From NCBI GenBank assembly GCA_001662655.1, contig KV460282.1: a stretch of DNA of 64,000 bases. One strand, 5' to 3'. Below are positions 60,659-64,000 of this stretch, piece by piece. How positions within the stretch are numbered: the first letter of the stretch is position 1; every line of letters begins with the position of its first letter. Under the pieces are notes generated by a model, which worked only from the letters and a program-made list of their open reading frames with translations, did no database searches and had not been told where the DNA came from. The position numbers were made by a program, and so were the translations under genes. Origin of the DNA: Pseudogymnoascus verrucosus. Taxonomy: Eukaryota.

Positions 60659-61134
60659 ATGGGGAAGGGGGGGGTTTGTATGTATAGGCTGTATGATGGG
60701 TTTGCGGGCATGGGAATGGGGGAGACTTCGTGTATTGGACTACTACTAGCGGGAATTGGGGATGGGGAGATGGCAGCGTTTTTGGGCGCATGCTGGGTGT
60801 ACTATTTGTGGATAGTTTGTACAATATACTGGCTCATGTAGAATTCAATGCACACCTCTCGAACATGAACATACATTCTTCACTTCACAAGTGCCAACTT
60901 CAACCATATATCATCCATAACGTCCAAAGATCAAATGATGTATGCGGGCATATCAAACGCAAGATTTCACGCCACCGATATAACAAAGCCCCCCAATATC
61001 CCATCCATATCTCTCATACAAATGCTACCATTCCTAAGATGCTGGTAGCTATATAGAACCACCCTCTCGATACCCAAACGCCCAGCAAAGTATTTTTGAG
61101 GCAAGCAAACGAAATGCATCCAAATGAAAACCGT

Positions 61135-62494
61135 CTACGAGGACGCAGCTGGCGCCTCCTTGGTGTCAACCTTCTTAGCCGGTGCCTGTCCTGCTCCTCC
61201 GTCATCCTCGCGTGCGCGCTTGTTGCTCTCGCCTCCTTCCGCCTTGGCAGCACTATCATTCAGTCAGTACAAATCTCGAGGATTAATTGGGAATAGTTCC
61301 ACTTACGCCTCCTCGTTTCTGTTGTTATCCGGACGTGGGCCCCTGGCCTCACGGTTGGGGTTTCCACCACGTCCGCCACGTCCTCCACGTCCACCGCGTC
61401 CACCACGGCCTCCACGACCTCCCTTGTTATCCCTGAATCCGTGCCTCTGGTCATCAGAACGGCGCTTCTTCCAGTCATCTTGATCGCGGTCACGGCCACC
61501 GCGGCCACCGCGTCCACCGCCACGGACCCTGGTCTCCTTTGGCTTCCTCACGCCATCCGCAATCTCCTTGTTGCACTTGATGACGTACTCGGCCTTGGAC
61601 ATGATCTCAAGCTCCTGCTCGCCCTTCCACTTCGGCTTGGGGTCCAGCGCAAGGAACGTCTTGGCCAGCTCCTCGCTCGCGAACTCAACGTACACGGAGC
61701 CCTTGAAGGCCTTGGTGTCGTCGTCGCGGCGGAGGCGGACAGCGTTGGTGGGGCCGTACGTCGCGAAGAAAGCCTCGATGTCGAATTGGGTGGTTGCCTC
61801 CTCGTCGCCGAAGCCCTTGGCGTAGACGGAGCGGGCCTCCTTCGCCTTGGATAGCTCAGCGGCTTCGGAGCCTTGGTTCTTTCTAAGTGCTACCTTGCGC
61901 TTGACGACCTCCTCGCCCTCGGCGCCGCTGACTTCGACGACGGATGAGGTCTTCAGCGCCTCGACGATGGCCGAGTAGGGCTGGAAGCGCTTCATGCGCC
62001 CGAACTCGTGGACTTTCTTCAGCGATACGGGCTTGTTCTCGGAGCCGCCGGTCAATTCTAGCATGAAGTCGTCGGTTGGGAGGTTTGAGTCACCGAAGTA
62101 GAAGTCAACCTTCAACCCTGTCAGCATTCGTCAAGGAACTAGAAAAGGGTGAGTCGCATACCTGTGCGCGGATCTCGGACGGGTTGTCCGTGATTGGGAG
62201 CTTAGATGGGTCGAACTTGCTCTTGCTCTCGTATCTCTTGAAAACGCGTGGTCCTCTGTCCTGGCCGTTGCGCTGGTTTCCTCCCTTCCTGTCGGAGCTG
62301 TCCTTCGCCTCCTCTCCATTCTTCTCGGCGCCATTGGCAGCGGTCTCAGTAGCAGCTGCTGCAGGGGCAGCATCCGCTGCCGGTGCAGCCTCAGTCTTCT
62401 CTGGCGCAGCTTCAGTCGCCGCTGGGACTTCTGTAGGCGCCGAAGTTGCGACGGGCTCCTCCACCTTGGGAACCTCAGGAACGGAATCCGACAT
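61135..62494 (-). CDS. LHP1: La motif RNA-binding protein (La/Lhp1 homologue), 3 exons
   Basis: Exons 62494-62162, 62109-61307 and 61252-61135. La motif IRAQVDFYFGDSNLPTDDF, RRM SVYAKGF...FKGSVYVEF and RGG repeats. Confidence 0.92.
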
Positions 62495-63065
62495 ATTAAT
62501 TAGCTTGTTGAGGGATTGGCCGGCAAACAATTGATATATGTATTCTTTAATATAACTTGTAGGTTATATTAAGTCGATGTTGGAATGACGGATGCGGTGA
62601 TGAGGGAAAAGGCGGGGTGAAAGGTTGATAACACGCGGTACAACCTGCACTGTCTTTTTGCTTTCTTGTCAAGAAATAATCCTGTTAAGCAAATATAAGT
62701 ATGCCGTATAAAATATATGTGATTTGAAGGGATTGACGTACAAGAATGGCGACAGAGTGGTTATGAGTGTTTTAATGCTCTGAGTAAAATGCAAGGCTGG
62801 TGACCAAAAGTTCGACAAAAGAAATCGAAGAGCTGCCTCGCTTGATGGGCAAGGCTGCAAATTCCGCAAAAGCTTTCCGCCGCCCTCCGCTGCCTCCGCT
62901 CCGCTCCGTTCTTGGCCGCTCCGCCCGCTAGACCGCATTGAGATTTTTCGAGGCTTGCATTTCGAGGTTGAAGCATCCCGAACGTCGTCTCGTGCTTGAA
63001 TTGGGTCTTGACTTGCCGCGTGCTGCTTCCAATTCCCGCAGTCCAGCACATACACATAGCTCATC

Positions 63066-64000
63066 ATGAGGACAAAACGCTTCCATGGCCTCAAGTTGCC
63101 AGTAAGCTTCATTCCAGCCCCAACTTCCGCGTCTCCAAACGCTTCACCCGTGTGCGCCTGCTAACCATCTGAACCTGCCAGAAAATCCGCATGTCGATGA
63201 GCAAAAACAATCTCTACAACCTCTCTCAACAAAAACACGCCGCCGTTCGCGGCACCTACTTCCAGCAGAAATGGTTTGCGAAGAGGGAAACCCGCGCCTA
63301 CCACGGCGAGCAGATCCGCGAGAAGAAGTGGCAGCGAATGTTTACGTCCCGCATCAAGTCCGTGATACCCATGCATCACAGATACATGGCCCGCTACGAT
63401 GGATCTGAGCAGGCCGCCGGCCGCGGCTCGGGTCTTCAAACTGGTGAACCTTTGGATGCAAAAGCTCTTCAGATGAAACGAGGCAAAGTGATCCCCTACA
63501 TGGGCATGACATATGCGCCAGTGGAGCGGAGACTAGACACTGCGGTTTTCCGTGCCCTGTTTGCCAGCAGTGCAAGGCAAGCACGACAGTATGTTCTGCA
63601 CGGAGGCGTCAAGGTCAATGGCAAGAAGGTATGAGCAGCGTTAAGTTTCCACACAAGCCAATTACCGGCTAACAACAGCTCTAGATGACCTATCCCGGCT
63701 ACCTCCTCAACCCCGGCGACATGTTCCAAGTCGAGCCCGACCGCGTCCTCTTCGCCACCGGCGCCCCCAAAGAAGTCGAGGACGTCCAGGCAACCAAAGC
63801 CCACCGCAAGCGTCTCGCCGCCGCGAAGGCCCCCCGCGAAGAGACCACCTCGGAAGAAACCTCTGAGGAAGCCACACCCGCCGAAGAGCCCGAGCTCGAC
63901 GAAGCAGCCGTCGAGAAGAAGCAGCGCAAAGAGCACAAAGACAACCTCCAATCCCTCCTCGCCAGCGCGCGCGCCGTCCTCGCCGACAAGAGCGCCCACA
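63066..64000 (+). CDS. NAM9: Mitochondrial small-subunit ribosomal protein uS4m (partial, runs off window)
   Basis: Exons 63066-63101, 63182-63628 and 63685->64000. [22 protein letters not shown]4 domain [22 protein letters not shown] and [13 protein letters not shown]. Confidence 0.92.

Noticed and set aside
61365..61420. Repeated CCACG(T/G)CC units
   Set aside because: They simply encode the RGG repeats of Lhp1 on the minus strand.

Overview
Eukaryotic (filamentous ascomycete) genomic DNA with short GT-AG introns and CTAAC/CTGAC branch sites. The style is reminiscent of a Leotiomycete such as Pseudogymnoascus, but I cannot verify that from sequence alone. The window has two compartments. 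(1) About 1-18.9 kb is an accessory, transposon-scarred region. It holds pogo/Fot1-type termini, a MITE, candidate solo LTRs and RIP-like AT-rich DNA. It also holds five oxidoreductase genes with no backbone synthase in view: an FAD epoxidase-type monooxygenase fused to a CtvD/AurD-like membrane domain, a Gre2-like ketoreductase, a nitronate monooxygenase, an SDR and an MDR enoyl-reductase-like enzyme. A dispersed ~430-bp repeat carrying CArG boxes, a kinase pseudogene and a HeLo/SesA-like + pseudo-retropepsin gene complete this region. (2) About 18.9-64 kb is gene-dense core DNA: SNU23, DPH5, flbE-like, DnaJ, CYC2-like, TBC Rab-GAP, HIS5, reticulon, EXO70, cPLA2-like, a tandem F-box-like array, cyclin-like, MCM3, MAK32-like, SRV2/CAP, a small 4-exon membrane-protein gene missing from the ORF track, MRPL3, LHP1 and NAM9 (partial). 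Many core genes show a marked C-rich 5' to G-rich 3' sense-strand gradient. All calls come from reading the sequence and recalling family motifs. No database search was run, and exon boundaries were inferred by hand.
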